A stretch of 31,895 bases of DNA. Origin: Trichormus sp. ATA11-4-KO1. GTDB lineage: Bacteria > Cyanobacteriota > Cyanobacteriia > Cyanobacteriales > Nostocaceae. The DNA lies in the NCBI GenBank assembly GCA_019358915.1, contig JAHHIM010000044.1:1-31895 (forward strand), written 5' to 3'. How positions within the stretch are numbered: position 1 is the stretch's first letter; each line of letters begins with the position of its first letter. A program made the translations under genes and the position numbers. Below are positions 20,053 through 29,938 of this stretch, in pieces. The notes beneath the pieces were generated by a model that saw nothing but the letters and a program-made list of their open reading frames with translations, was not told the origin of the DNA and searched no databases.

Positions 20053-22583
20053 ATACTAATCTCCATACAGAATGTGTCAAATCTAAATTGCCGTCCTGAA
20101 AAAACATTTATGAGTAGTCGGTCTTCTCGACTGGGGTCTGATGTATTAACGGGAAGGAGAATAATACGTGGGTTATCGGCTGTATTTTGATTTAATAAAT
20201 ATCGCTGAGGTAGGGTTTTTCCTGGAGGATGAAAAATTAGAGTAGGGATACGTGCCATCCGAATTGGTTCGTAAGTTTCAAATAAAAAAATCCAAGCGTT
20301 ATGTATTCTATTAATTTCTTTAATAAAGTGTTGATGTTCTGGTGGAATGACAATATTCTTTATACCCTGTTCGATTAACCATTTAAATAATTTGATACCT
20401 CTCCGCATCTTATTTAATTGTTCAAGAGATTCATAAAAAATTAGCATTACATTATCACCTGCTAATAAGCGTTGAATTTCCGCACCTAAAAATGATTTAG
20501 TTTCCTGCCATACAGGTTGTGATGCAGGCATAATTCCGACAAAAGGTGTTCTTTTACTTTTTCGGCAAACAGGACAACCACCACAAGATTGAGAGACAAT
20601 GACTGGACTTCTATTTATAGATGTTTGTTTTTTAGTAATTGTGTAAGCCTCAGCAAATATTTCCGAAATACAACGCTTCGGCTGTAATGCTTCTCTCATT
20701 AATTGCAGATTTTTATAGCTCCAATTCTGGCGTTCTTGGCGAATAGGCTCCACTTCCCATTCCCAAGTTTCTCTTAAAAGATGTGAGTCATTACGAATGC
20801 GGATAATGCGAGAATTACTATAACTTTCTAATGCTTTAGAATAAGCATCTTCTGATATAAAATTTTTCAGCTTAGGAGGTTCTTCTGAGTCCAATTCAAT
20901 TAAACCTGCTCGGCTCATCAGAGTTAGAGTGTGGATGTTCCAAGCTGTATTCTGTTCACTATTCATATTAATATCGCCACTTTGAAAAGAAGGAGGGATA
21001 TTAATTGGTACGCGAAACCCTTTTTCATGTACTATTGTTTTTCTAGCAAACATACTCTGCCATCGCTCAAGACCCCGGTCGATGGTAATTGTTGATTTGT
21101 CATTAAGTGCTTTGGCGATTTCGTGGTCTTCAGATGTATATAATGTGAGTGAAATAGAAGCTTTACCATCTCTACCACCTCGTCCCACTTCTTGATAAAA
21201 ACGGTCAATATTTTCTGGAATACAAACATGAATAACCGCACGGACATCTGACTGATCTACACCCAATCCAAAAGCGGAAGTAGCAACAACTATATCAATT
21301 TTCCTTTCTCGCCAATTTTGAATAAGCTTTAATCTTTGGTCGGGGGTAGATTTACCAGTCATCACCGCATATCTTTTGAAGCCAGCGCGAGATAATTCCT
21401 TGTCCCAATATTCCACATCAGCAACTTTTGTGCCGTAAATAATTAAAGGCCGTGGCAGATGATAAACTGCCTCAAGTAGTCGTTGCTTCCTAATTTCTTC
21501 AGTTTGACAATAAGCAAACCAATATGCGGGTTCTGGACGCAACTGCACGGCAGATATAACTTTAAATTCTCCTGGTTGTCCAAATAATGTTTCTAGAGTA
21601 TCTAAACAGGATTCTGTTAAAGTTGCAGTTAGTAATAAAGTTGTAAAGGAAGTTAAACGTAATAAATCTTTTCGCAACCCCGGAATTTCTTGAAATGCTG
21701 GACGAAAATCATCACCCCACTGTTCAACCATGTGAGCTTCATCAATAACGAAATAGCGCAACAACCCTAAATTTGCTGCTTCGTAAAGAGATGATGCTAG
21801 GGACTCCATGAGACTTTCTGGGGAAGTAAATATGATTCGTTGTGTACCTGCACGGATACGCAGGCGTATTTCTTCTCTTTTCTCTTGCCCTTGTAAGCTT
21901 TTATCACTGTAATATGCCGTATCGTGGTTGACTAAATGTCTTAATGCCCGTTCTTGGTCAATTGCTAGTGCTGTAGTTGGCACTACTACAACACTGACAC
22001 CAGCCGTTTGGGATTCTAAAAGTGCAGGAAGTTGAGCGCAAAGGCTTTTTCCTGACCCAGTGGGTAAATTAACTACTAAAGTTGACTTGTCAGGAGCAGT
22101 TAAAATGGCGTGAATTGCCTGTTTTTGCCCGATACTGCGGTATGCGTCTAATTGCACCAGTTGTTCCAAAAATGGATCTCCTGTTACTGGTTCATAATTA
22201 CGGCGGATTTCTTCTTTATATAGAAGAGTATCTGGAGGATATTCAGTGCTAAATTTCAGCCATTCAGGTTGCCAAGCCTTAGGACTAATTAGATAGGTGT
22301 TTGCATCTTCAGCCAATACAGTTATGCCTGTTTCTTGCCAAATATTTTTGTCAGGAAAAGGAGGTATTTTGGGTACTTTGAGCAGAGTTTGAGACGTTAC
22401 GCCCTGTAGTTCATCTTCTCGCCGTAGCAAATGACGTACCAAAGTTGCGATATCTCTTGTCCCTGGTGAATTACGCAGTGCTTCTAATAACCGTCGATGA
22501 CAAGCTTCAGAAAAATCGCTAGTATCTTCAGGTATTTCACTTGTTTGCAGAATTTCTTTGAGTTCTAAGAAGGAGTCAGTCAT
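20049..22583 (-). CDS. dpdF: DpdF RecQ-like SF2 helicase (intact)
   Basis: LPTGSGKS, DEAH, TAT, ATSAFGLGVD, QEVGRGGRDG and CGGCPVC; TAATG overlap with the dpdE stop. Confidence 0.88.
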   Translation of the reverse strand: MTDSFLELKEILQTSEIPEDTSDFSEACHRRLLEALRNSPGTRDIATLVRHLLRREDELQGVTSQTLLKVPKIPPFPDKNIWQETGITVLAEDANTYLISPKAWQPEWLKFSTEYPPDTLLYKEEIRRNYEPVTGDPFLEQLVQLDAYRSIGQKQAIHAILTAPDKSTLVVNLPTGSGKSLCAQLPALLESQTAGVSVVVVPTTALAIDQERALRHLVNHDTAYYSDKSLQGQEKREEIRLRIRAGTQRIIFTSPESLMESLASSLYEAANLGLLRYFVIDEAHMVEQWGDDFRPAFQEIPGLRKDLLRLTSFTTLLLTATLTESCLDTLETLFGQPGEFKVISAVQLRPEPAYWFAYCQTEEIRKQRLLEAVYHLPRPLIIYGTKVADVEYWDKELSRAGFKRYAVMTGKSTPDQRLKLIQNWRERKIDIVVATSAFGLGVDQSDVRAVIHVCIPENIDRFYQEVGRGGRDGKASISLTLYTSEDHEIAKALNDKSTITIDRGLERWQSMFARKTIVHEKGFRVPINIPPSFQSGDINMNSEQNTAWNIHTLTLMSRAGLIELDSEEPPKLKNFISEDAYSKALESYSNSRIIRIRNDSHLLRETWEWEVEPIRQERQNWSYKNLQLMREALQPKRCISEIFAEAYTITKKQTSINRSPVIVSQSCGGCPVCRKSKRTPFVGIMPASQPVWQETKSFLGAEIQRLLAGDNVMLIFYESLEQLNKMRRGIKLFKWLIEQGIKNIVIPPEHQHFIKEINRIHNAWIFLFETYEPIRMARIPTLIFHPPGKTLPQRYLLNQNTADNPRIILLPVNTSDPSREDRLLINVFSGRQFRFDTFCMEISI

Positions 22584-24871
22584 TAATCATCTCCTTCATC
22601 TACAAATTTAATAGGGTTTCGCCCAGATACAATCATGAAACCCACAGAGTCAAGCTTAATTTGAGGCTGGCGAATTCCTTCTAAAATTGCTGCACTAAAA
22701 GCACTTTCTATTTTCAGTTCTCCTGCTAGTTTATAATCCCAAGTCTGTCGATTTAGCCGCAGGCGTAACTGTTCAACTCTGTTACCTAATTTCTGTTCTG
22801 CTGACTTAGTACATCCTTGAAGCCAGTCCATATATTCAGAATTATTAGTGAGTAATTCATAGGAAGTCTTACTCGCTTGATAACAAAAGTTCTGCCATTT
22901 ACTAGCATCAACAAAATCGTCAATAATCCTTAAACGTTCCTTAGCTAAATTGTAATCTCGTCGGTGACTACCATTTTTATATTGATATGGGCGTTCCAGA
23001 ATATTTAATAGTGTTTCATCTGCAACAATGCCCATTGGTTCATAGCGTCCATCAATGAAGATTGTTTTCATGGTTGGTGGAAATAAAGCATCTACACGCC
23101 GCTTCAATGTTTTGTATACAGAACTATCTAGCTGGGAATCTATTAACACCTGTTTGGCAAATTTTAAGTCAGTTTCAATTACATAATTGCATCGAAAACC
23201 GAACCACTCCATTCCTTCCCCAGCATCCCAAGATGTATCTGTGCGCCAGACAGCAAAGGATTGACCTCGGTCATCCCAGTTTATATAATTTAGGAGCGAT
23301 TCTAGCAATCCTTCCCCAATTCGGAAGAGTTTAATTCCAGTATTTTGATTGGCAACCCTGCGGTTATAAGTACCAAATTGCTCTAGATAACTATTAGCAA
23401 AACGAATTTTTAATTCATTCACAGGAATCAAAGTGCGAATTGTAGGTTGATAACGCCGTATCTCCGATGAATTTGGTTTATTGATAGGCTTAAATTCCAA
23501 TACGTCATCAATCCAACCTTCAATTGCTTGTTTAATTTCTAAATGGCAAGCATCATAATTATCTAAATCTTGAAAAGACTGGATGGCAACTTCATCATTA
23601 GCATCAATTTCATCTAAAGCATTTTGTTCGCTAATTTTTACGATTTCCGTTTTAATTTGTGACTGAATCGGCTCAATCATTTCCAACAGTCCAGTCGCGC
23701 TTGATTGGAACAAAGTTTTTTCTAACTCTGCTAGTTTCTCGTCTACGTAAAACTGTAAACTTGCAATTGATTGTTGAAAGATTCCAAACCCATTTTTTAA
23801 AATTTGATACCAAGCATTATGGGGGCTGTCTTCCAAATAGGGGCCAATCAAAACACAGGATTTAACTCCTATTTTGCTGCCAATGCGGTCAAGTCTGCCG
23901 ATTCTTTGCTCTAATTGATTAGGCGACCAAGGGAGATCAAAGTGAATTAACCAGTCAGCAAACTGAAGGTTACGTCCTTCTTCACCAGAGCGATCGCATA
24001 CCAAAATAAAGCAGTTTGGGTTATCCTTGAATCTACTTATGCTTTGCTCAACCTTGTCTGGTGATTCTCCGAATTGATGGCTAGCTACCGTCCCTTCACC
24101 GAAGGTATCAGACAAATATCGCACAAGTTCTGCACAAGTTTGCACAAAACTGGTAAATACTACAAATTTCGGCAGAATATCGTCCCCAATAGGTCTATGT
24201 GTTCTCTGTTGTATTCTTAGTAGTAATTCATTTTTATTTCTGCGAACAGTTGGCGGAATTCTGAAGTATTCAGCTAGCTGATTTAGTAGCACTGTTCTCA
24301 AATTTTCCCTACGTTCTCCATCCTCTATAGGTTGACGAATAACTTTTAGTAAGGATTGCAAAATTTCTTCTTCCCCAGGGAATTTGGGGGTTGTAGTCAA
24401 GATATGAACATCATCCTCGCCAAACTCCTGGATGAGTCGAGAATCAGTTTCACCATTTAAACGTGCAGTAATTACCTGTTCCAAAATGCCTAACCAAGTA
24501 CCAGAACCCAGGAATAACAGCCGAAAAACTCGTTGATACTGCTCCTCATCAGGGGCGATGGTACGCCATTCATCGATGATTTCGTGAATGTCCAGCGATC
24601 GCTCGTCTAAATCATATTCCTCTTTAGGTATAATATTGCGGTCAAATATGACATCTTCCACCGCAGCGCGACGGTTGCGAAGCATTCGCCGATGCAGGCG
24701 ATAGGTATCGCTGATGTGAGTACGAATTGCGCGAACAATCTGATCTATCTCAGTGGAATTTGCTTGTAAACAATTTTCTAAATCGTCTGCTAGCTTCAGT
24801 AAATACCCATCCTCAGCAAATAAATTTCGTAATTGTTTGAGGTTGGTTTTTAGGACAAAAGGTTTTGCACC
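22583..24871 (-). pseudogene. dpdE: 5'-truncated DpdE (SNF2/RapA-like helicase, C-terminal part only)
   Basis: The frame is open from directly after the dpdA stop (GAKPFVLKTN...HISDTYRLHRRMLRNRR). It has CDRSGEEGRNLQ, DLPWSPNQLEQRIGRLDRIG, but no Walker A, DExH or natural start. Confidence 0.82.
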
Positions 24872-26815
24872 TTACATCTGGGTATGTAACTTCTGTCGCC
24901 GTTCCTTCGCTTTAGGTTCTACCTTGCCGTTACGAGGTAACTCTAACAACTCATCGTAAGCTAATAATATCTCAAGTGTTTCATCTATTGATAAATTACC
25001 TTTATCAAATTCTCGTAAGGATTGCATTGCATTTTGTTCAAGTAATACCAATTCATCACGCGTGAAACCGCTTTCGAGTAAATGTTTAATTCGTATTGAG
25101 TGCTTATCCACAAAAGGAATACGAACGGCAGCATATTTTTTACCAGTCATAGTATAATAATTTGCCTTTGGATCTAACCAAGCACGGCGTAAAGGACTAG
25201 CCGAATCAAAACTTGTTACACCCAAGTGACGAAAAGCTGGAATAGCATTAATTCGAGCTACTCCAAATAAGTGCAATCGAGTATTAGAAGTTAAATGAGG
25301 ATGAATTTCTTTTAATATTTCTATAATCTGTTGGCTCGGAGTTCTAGCTAATCCACCAAGTGCAATATATTCATAACCCATACCAATATAGGCTTTGACA
25401 GCCTCAGCATAAGATTCAGGGTTCCAACCCTGAACAGCACCAATAGGAGTAAATTTATATTCTCCACTTCGATGCTTTTGAATGAAATCTTCAGCATTTT
25501 TAATAGTTAAACTATAGCGTTTTTCCCTGACACCTGGTTCAGCAAATGGACCAACTATCAAATGGTCAATACTGACTCCATAGTTAAAACCTAAACTCTC
25601 ATAATAATCCAAAATTTCTTCGGTACTGTAGGGAGGAACTTCTTCCTTAAAATAGCCAAAAGCTCCACAATCTCCCATTACTGAACCTTGAAAGCGAATA
25701 AAGTTACGAATACCAACTTCGTTAATTTTAGTTTTTTTATTCTTGCTATTTTGAACGACTACTTTAGATACTAAAATTCCATCATAATTAGAAATTGGAA
25801 AAATTTCGTGAGCATACACGTCATTCTCATAAAGGTTGCGGCTAGGTGTATTCATATCGTTGAAAAAGTCATATCCGGGGTCTACTCGGTCATCCCAATC
25901 GGGAATGAAATACTGCATCCCTAAATGTATATTAGGGGCTGGAGGTAAATCCGGAATCGGAAGAAATTCATTTTCTTCTTGAGAGGTATCTTCAACTTGT
26001 TTTTTCTTAACTTGATTATCCTTAAGTTTTACTTCAGGTAATCCCAGTGGTAATTCTAATTGAGTTGCTACACGCTCCACAGATTCGGTAAATATTTCTG
26101 GCTTCTCATAGACTTTTTGCAGCAGTTCAGCTTCAGTAGACACGGATTCAGCAAATTGCTTGAAAAGGAAACCTTTCAGTCCAACTAAACCATAGCGATA
26201 AAGCTTTGCCTCTGCATTAGAAAGAGTCACAACAAAGGTTTTTGCAGTTAAATCTCGGATGTAAGATTTACTTGTTTTTGAAGCTAAAAATATCAATGTC
26301 TGCTCAGGTTGAGTTGCAACTGGAAGACTAAGCGAACGCAGATAATTTTCTCCCAATAGCAAAAACACTAAATCATAGCCAAAAATAGCCTTTTCAAAAG
26401 CTTGGTGAACTTCTAAAAATTTAGACCACTTATCTACCTCATGTCCTTTCATTATGTTGAAGGTAACTTCATAAGGCACAATAATTTTATTCTCAGGAAT
26501 TAGTCCATAACCAGCAGAAAGAATAACCAAGTCCACTGCTTTTTGACCAAAAGACTGGCGCAGTAACTTTACTCCTTCTATTACCCGTAAATGCTGCAAC
26601 CCAGTGTACATTTGACTAGCTGGACAAGCAAATTCCGCCAGTTCTCTAGAGCGAGATTGTAATCGAGCCGAGTCTTTGAAGTCCTCTAATGTCAGCTGGT
26701 TAGTTGGCTTAAACCGCTTTTCTCCGGTGCAAGAAGTAATAATTAATATGCGAAGATTATGCCACAAGTGAGTTGAATCTAAAGATGTGTTCAGAAAGGA
26801 TTTAGTCATCTTCAT
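24872..26815 (-). CDS. dpdA: YaaA/DpdC-like domain fused to DNA-guanine transglycosylase DpdA; C-terminus truncated
   Basis: The TGT-like part starts at aa 300 (nt 25918): YFIPDWDDRVDP, YAHE, YDGILVSK, GDCGAF, SIDH, LGGL, HLFG, SFDSAS. The N-terminal part has IITSCTGEK, ASQMYTG, ILSAGYGLI and PYEVTF. No CxCxxC zinc motif occurs before the stop. Confidence 0.85.
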   Translation of the reverse strand: MKMTKSFLNTSLDSTHLWHNLRILIITSCTGEKRFKPTNQLTLEDFKDSARLQSRSRELAEFACPASQMYTGLQHLRVIEGVKLLRQSFGQKAVDLVILSAGYGLIPENKIIVPYEVTFNIMKGHEVDKWSKFLEVHQAFEKAIFGYDLVFLLLGENYLRSLSLPVATQPEQTLIFLASKTSKSYIRDLTAKTFVVTLSNAEAKLYRYGLVGLKGFLFKQFAESVSTEAELLQKVYEKPEIFTESVERVATQLELPLGLPEVKLKDNQVKKKQVEDTSQEENEFLPIPDLPPAPNIHLGMQYFIPDWDDRVDPGYDFFNDMNTPSRNLYENDVYAHEIFPISNYDGILVSKVVVQNSKNKKTKINEVGIRNFIRFQGSVMGDCGAFGYFKEEVPPYSTEEILDYYESLGFNYGVSIDHLIVGPFAEPGVREKRYSLTIKNAEDFIQKHRSGEYKFTPIGAVQGWNPESYAEAVKAYIGMGYEYIALGGLARTPSQQIIEILKEIHPHLTSNTRLHLFGVARINAIPAFRHLGVTSFDSASPLRRAWLDPKANYYTMTGKKYAAVRIPFVDKHSIRIKHLLESGFTRDELVLLEQNAMQSLREFDKGNLSIDETLEILLAYDELLELPRNGKVEPKAKERRQKLHTQM

Positions 26816-27134
26816 ACTCCAGACAAAAATTCCAAATTTTATACACTGGTATTTTTAATAACTCCTTATCTAAGATAAATAATTTGAGGTTAACGACCAT
26901 ACCACGATTAGCCATTTATTTAACAAGCTGATACAGATTTAACTCAGAGTCATATTGCCAAATGAATGTAAATAATATCGTAAAAGAACTGGAGTTCAAC
27001 TGTCCTCACATCCATGATCTACTTTTTATAGAAGAAACGAAACGAATATACTAGGCAACTGCTTTGGGTTAATCATGTGCCAAAGCGGTTATTGAAATGT
27101 ACGTTTACGTAACCTTATACCCTAAATGGGAATA

Positions 27135-27236
27135 TAGCGTTTACTAGTCTAATGAAGTACACTAATTAAGATAAATCAGTGCATCTACTCAAGGGTAAAA
27201 ATGAAACCATATTCCCTCGACTTCCGCCAAAAAATA
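27135..27236 (+). mobile_element. 5' stub of an IS630-family element
   Basis: TA followed by TAGCGTTTACTAGTCTAATGAAGTAC (typical cyanobacterial IS630-type end), then ATG 27201 MKPYSLDFRQKI (IS630 HTH N-terminus), ending abruptly. Confidence 0.75.
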
Positions 27237-28318
27237 AGAGAACTGGCAAATATTAAGTAAACTCCATCTTCTGGCAATGTAGTGACAATCTGTGAGTTCA
27301 GATCACCAGGGCCTTTGTCAATACTTTGGGCTACTTCTTTGCGTTTACCATCACTGGTGATTTGGTACAGAATTAACACTGGGTTGAACATTTGACTGTT
27401 CATTTCAATGACTACCTGTTGACCAGTCCGACCCTGAAATTGGTATAAGTTGACAAAACTGCCATTGTTTCTGATTAGGCGGTTTTTGCCTAAATTACCG
27501 TTAATGACTCGACCATTGAGTGAAATGGTAGTAGGGTTTGGTTTTTCCTGGGGTTGAAATATGGTGGGTATGCTAGAAATCTCTCTTCTTCTAGCTGCGG
27601 TGAGAAAAGAATGAACTTGTGAAACAGGAATGGCAAAATTCATACCTGTATTCAATTTCTCCTTGGTGGAAATTGCGCTTGTATTTACACCAATTACTTG
27701 ACCTTGGCTATTTAGCAGTGGACCGCCAGAATTACCACCATGAATCACTGCATCGTGTTGTATTTCGCCATCTGCTGGGTTTATCCGGGTGATGTGACCT
27801 TGGGTAAATGTATTTCTATAGTCTCTACTGCGGGGAGTTCCCAAAGCAAAAACGCGATCGCCTACTGAAGCAGCCTCAACTTTAGCCAAAGGTAATGCAG
27901 ATAAGTTCTTCTGATTATGAATTTTGAGAATGGCTAAATCTAGTCCGTCTCTACCAAAACCCAGCACATCAGCCGCTACTTTTCGTCCATCAGCAAAAAC
28001 CACAGTTACTACGCTAGGAAAATCATGGGGATTATAGTTTTCTTGTTGACTCGGTGATGGTTTAATCACATGGGCGTTGGTGATAATTAACCCATCTTGA
28101 CTAACCACAAAACCACTACCATGACCTCTACTCGTCTGAACTGTGACTGTAGCAGGACTGGCTTTTTGATACACTTGGCGGGAAATTCCTTCCTCGGCTG
28201 TTTGCGCTACGGCTATATTGTTATTATTCGGTAGTAGCTGTTCTATGCTAGTGCTGCTAATTACAGTCAATGTAGTACAAATCGCTAAAGTGCCAAATTG
28301 TAAGAGTCGGTTTTTCAT
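27185..28318 (-). CDS. Secreted trypsin-like (HtrA-family) serine protease with C-terminal PPC-like domain; native tail replaced
   Basis: Signal-like MKNRLLQFGTLAIC..., catalytic triad TNAHV / DLAIL / GNSGGPL, and YQFQGRTGQQVVIEM. The last ~17 codons are antisense IS630 sequence. Confidence 0.85.
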   Translation of the reverse strand: MKNRLLQFGTLAICTTLTVISSTSIEQLLPNNNNIAVAQTAEEGISRQVYQKASPATVTVQTSRGHGSGFVVSQDGLIITNAHVIKPSPSQQENYNPHDFPSVVTVVFADGRKVAADVLGFGRDGLDLAILKIHNQKNLSALPLAKVEAASVGDRVFALGTPRSRDYRNTFTQGHITRINPADGEIQHDAVIHGGNSGGPLLNSQGQVIGVNTSAISTKEKLNTGMNFAIPVSQVHSFLTAARRREISSIPTIFQPQEKPNPTTISLNGRVINGNLGKNRLIRNNGSFVNLYQFQGRTGQQVVIEMNSQMFNPVLILYQITSDGKRKEVAQSIDKGPGDLNSQIVTTLPEDGVYLIFASSLIFWRKSREYGFIFTLE

Positions 28319-28623
28319 TGCTGGGCAAAATATGAATGTATAATCGCAGACAAATAAAATCTTAAGGAAAGGAAAATTTTTAGCACCCACCATAAGTTTA
28401 AAGTTTTTGTAACCGTAAAAAATTTAAAGATTCGGTTAGTTTTGCTAAAATTTCCAAATATTTCACCACAAGCTTTAGCCTGCGATCGCTCCAATTTAAA
28501 AAAGGTCAGCGATCGCTTGCTTCTATTGATATTTCGGTTTTAACTTGTAGTTTTTACGCAGAAAAATATTTTAGCCACAAAAGTTTATACTTGGTAGACA
28601 GCAGTAGACTTTGTAACTGAATA

Positions 28624-29118
28624 CTATTGACTTAGAGTTTTGATAAAGCCTACAGTTAATAGATGCTGCCCTAAATTAGCGTTAAAGTTCTTGAGTTGCC
28701 AATTCCAATACCTTGGATTCGCTTCGACTCTAACAACTGCAACATAAGGTTTGTTCTCTTCCCAAGGGTGTTGCCAATCCATTCTCATATATGCGATAAA
28801 AGCACCTTCGTTAGCAAAGTATGTGCATTCTTCGACTCTTGTCCGTAGACCCATCGGTAATAAGAAATACAAGTTTTTCTCTTGAGTCACAATTTTAGTT
28901 GCATAGCTGCTAGCGGTATTATGTACTTGATAAGGACAGGTTTGAGCAGAAAGTGCAGGTTTATGAGTAGCTGCAATCATACTCACAACTAATGTCGGTA
29001 TAACAAACATTGTCTGGAGTAAGGATTGGCAACGGGGCATTTTTTGGGTAGAGTTCTTGGCGGAATAATTTTTCTTAGAGAAAGCAAGCATCAACCTAAC
29101 CTCTTGTATTTCAATCAA
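28624..29118 (-). CDS. Hypothetical secreted protein (start possibly at 29040)
   Basis: Signal-peptide-like VIPTLVVSMIAATHKPALSA|Q and two Cys in the mature part; co-oriented with the protease. Confidence 0.6.
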   Translation of the reverse strand: MIEIQEVRLMLAFSKKNYSAKNSTQKMPRCQSLLQTMFVIPTLVVSMIAATHKPALSAQTCPYQVHNTASSYATKIVTQEKNLYFLLPMGLRTRVEECTYFANEGAFIAYMRMDWQHPWEENKPYVAVVRVEANPRYWNWQLKNFNANLGQHLLTVGFIKTLSQ

Positions 29119-29275
29119 GCTTCTTCTTTAAGTAGTTCGTGGCTAGATTGAAAAAATTACGCAACCCGCCGAAATTTTTTTACTTTGTCCGCAAACCGAC
29201 AAACTCATATAAGTCAAAGTGTGGGTATGGGTTCGCGGTAAACTATCTATACTTAGGTAGATAAAAAGTGTAGAC

Positions 29276-29881
29276 ATGGTGAAAATTGAGCGGGTATCAA
29301 TCAACTTCAAACTTCCCCAACCTCTAGTCGAAGCACTCAAAGCCAGAGCTAGAGAACAAGAAACCACCGCCACAGATTTAGTCATCAAAGGGCTGCACTA
29401 TGTTTTGGCTTCGTCTATTACTGGGATAGACAACAGTACAGATAATGTTCTACACGAAATTATCACTCGCATCGAAGCACTAGAAACCAAGCAGGCTGTC
29501 GATAGTAATGGTATAGATAATCGTCTACACTCACTAGCAGACAGCCCAGAACCACAGCGAGTTAGTAAATTGGAACAAAAGCTAGAGGTAGTTGCTAGAC
29601 GATTGGAAATTTTAGAGATAGCGATCGCCTCTGGCAGATACAGTGGCAACAGCAAACCGAGGAAACAATCATACCCATATCAGCAACAATCCGTTGAACT
29701 GCAAGCTATGCCTTTGGAAAACTTAGCACCAAGACTAGGTTTAACACCATCGTATCTGGCAGACCAAAAAGACAAACTATCAACTAAAGAATTTATCAGT
29801 TGGTCGCGGAATCGAGATCCCAGAAGTATTGGTTGGCAATTTTCCCCACAAAATGCTTTGTATCACCCAGTGCCACAATAA
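29276..29881 (+). CDS. Plasmid-type DNA-binding protein (N-terminal RHH, coiled coil, C-terminal HTH-like region)
   Basis: RVSINFKLPQPLVEALKARA...ATDLVIKGL (RHH); LAPRLGLTPSYL...WSRNRDPRSIGW at the C-terminus. Confidence 0.7.
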   Translation: MVKIERVSINFKLPQPLVEALKARAREQETTATDLVIKGLHYVLASSITGIDNSTDNVLHEIITRIEALETKQAVDSNGIDNRLHSLADSPEPQRVSKLEQKLEVVARRLEILEIAIASGRYSGNSKPRKQSYPYQQQSVELQAMPLENLAPRLGLTPSYLADQKDKLSTKEFISWSRNRDPRSIGWQFSPQNALYHPVPQ

Positions 29882-29938
29882 ACAGACCTAGCAAACCCAG
29901 CTTTTCACCGGGTCCTATTCCTCAACCCAATGAAATAC

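Noticed and set aside
144..24959. Short antisense or overlapping ORFs (e.g. 144-437, 5281-5640, 5603-5923, 7757-8026, 11784-12074, 19533-19799, 23062-23334)
   Set aside because: They are shadows of long motif-bearing genes and have no recognisable features.
24872..25918. Housekeeping tRNA-guanine transglycosylase tgt
   Set aside because: Motifs (YFIPDWDD, YAHE, DCGAF) and neighbours are those of DNA-acting DpdA.
28482..28516. Hairpin formed by two close HIP1 sites
   Set aside because: Explained by the self-complementary HIP1 octamer; no further pairing of note.
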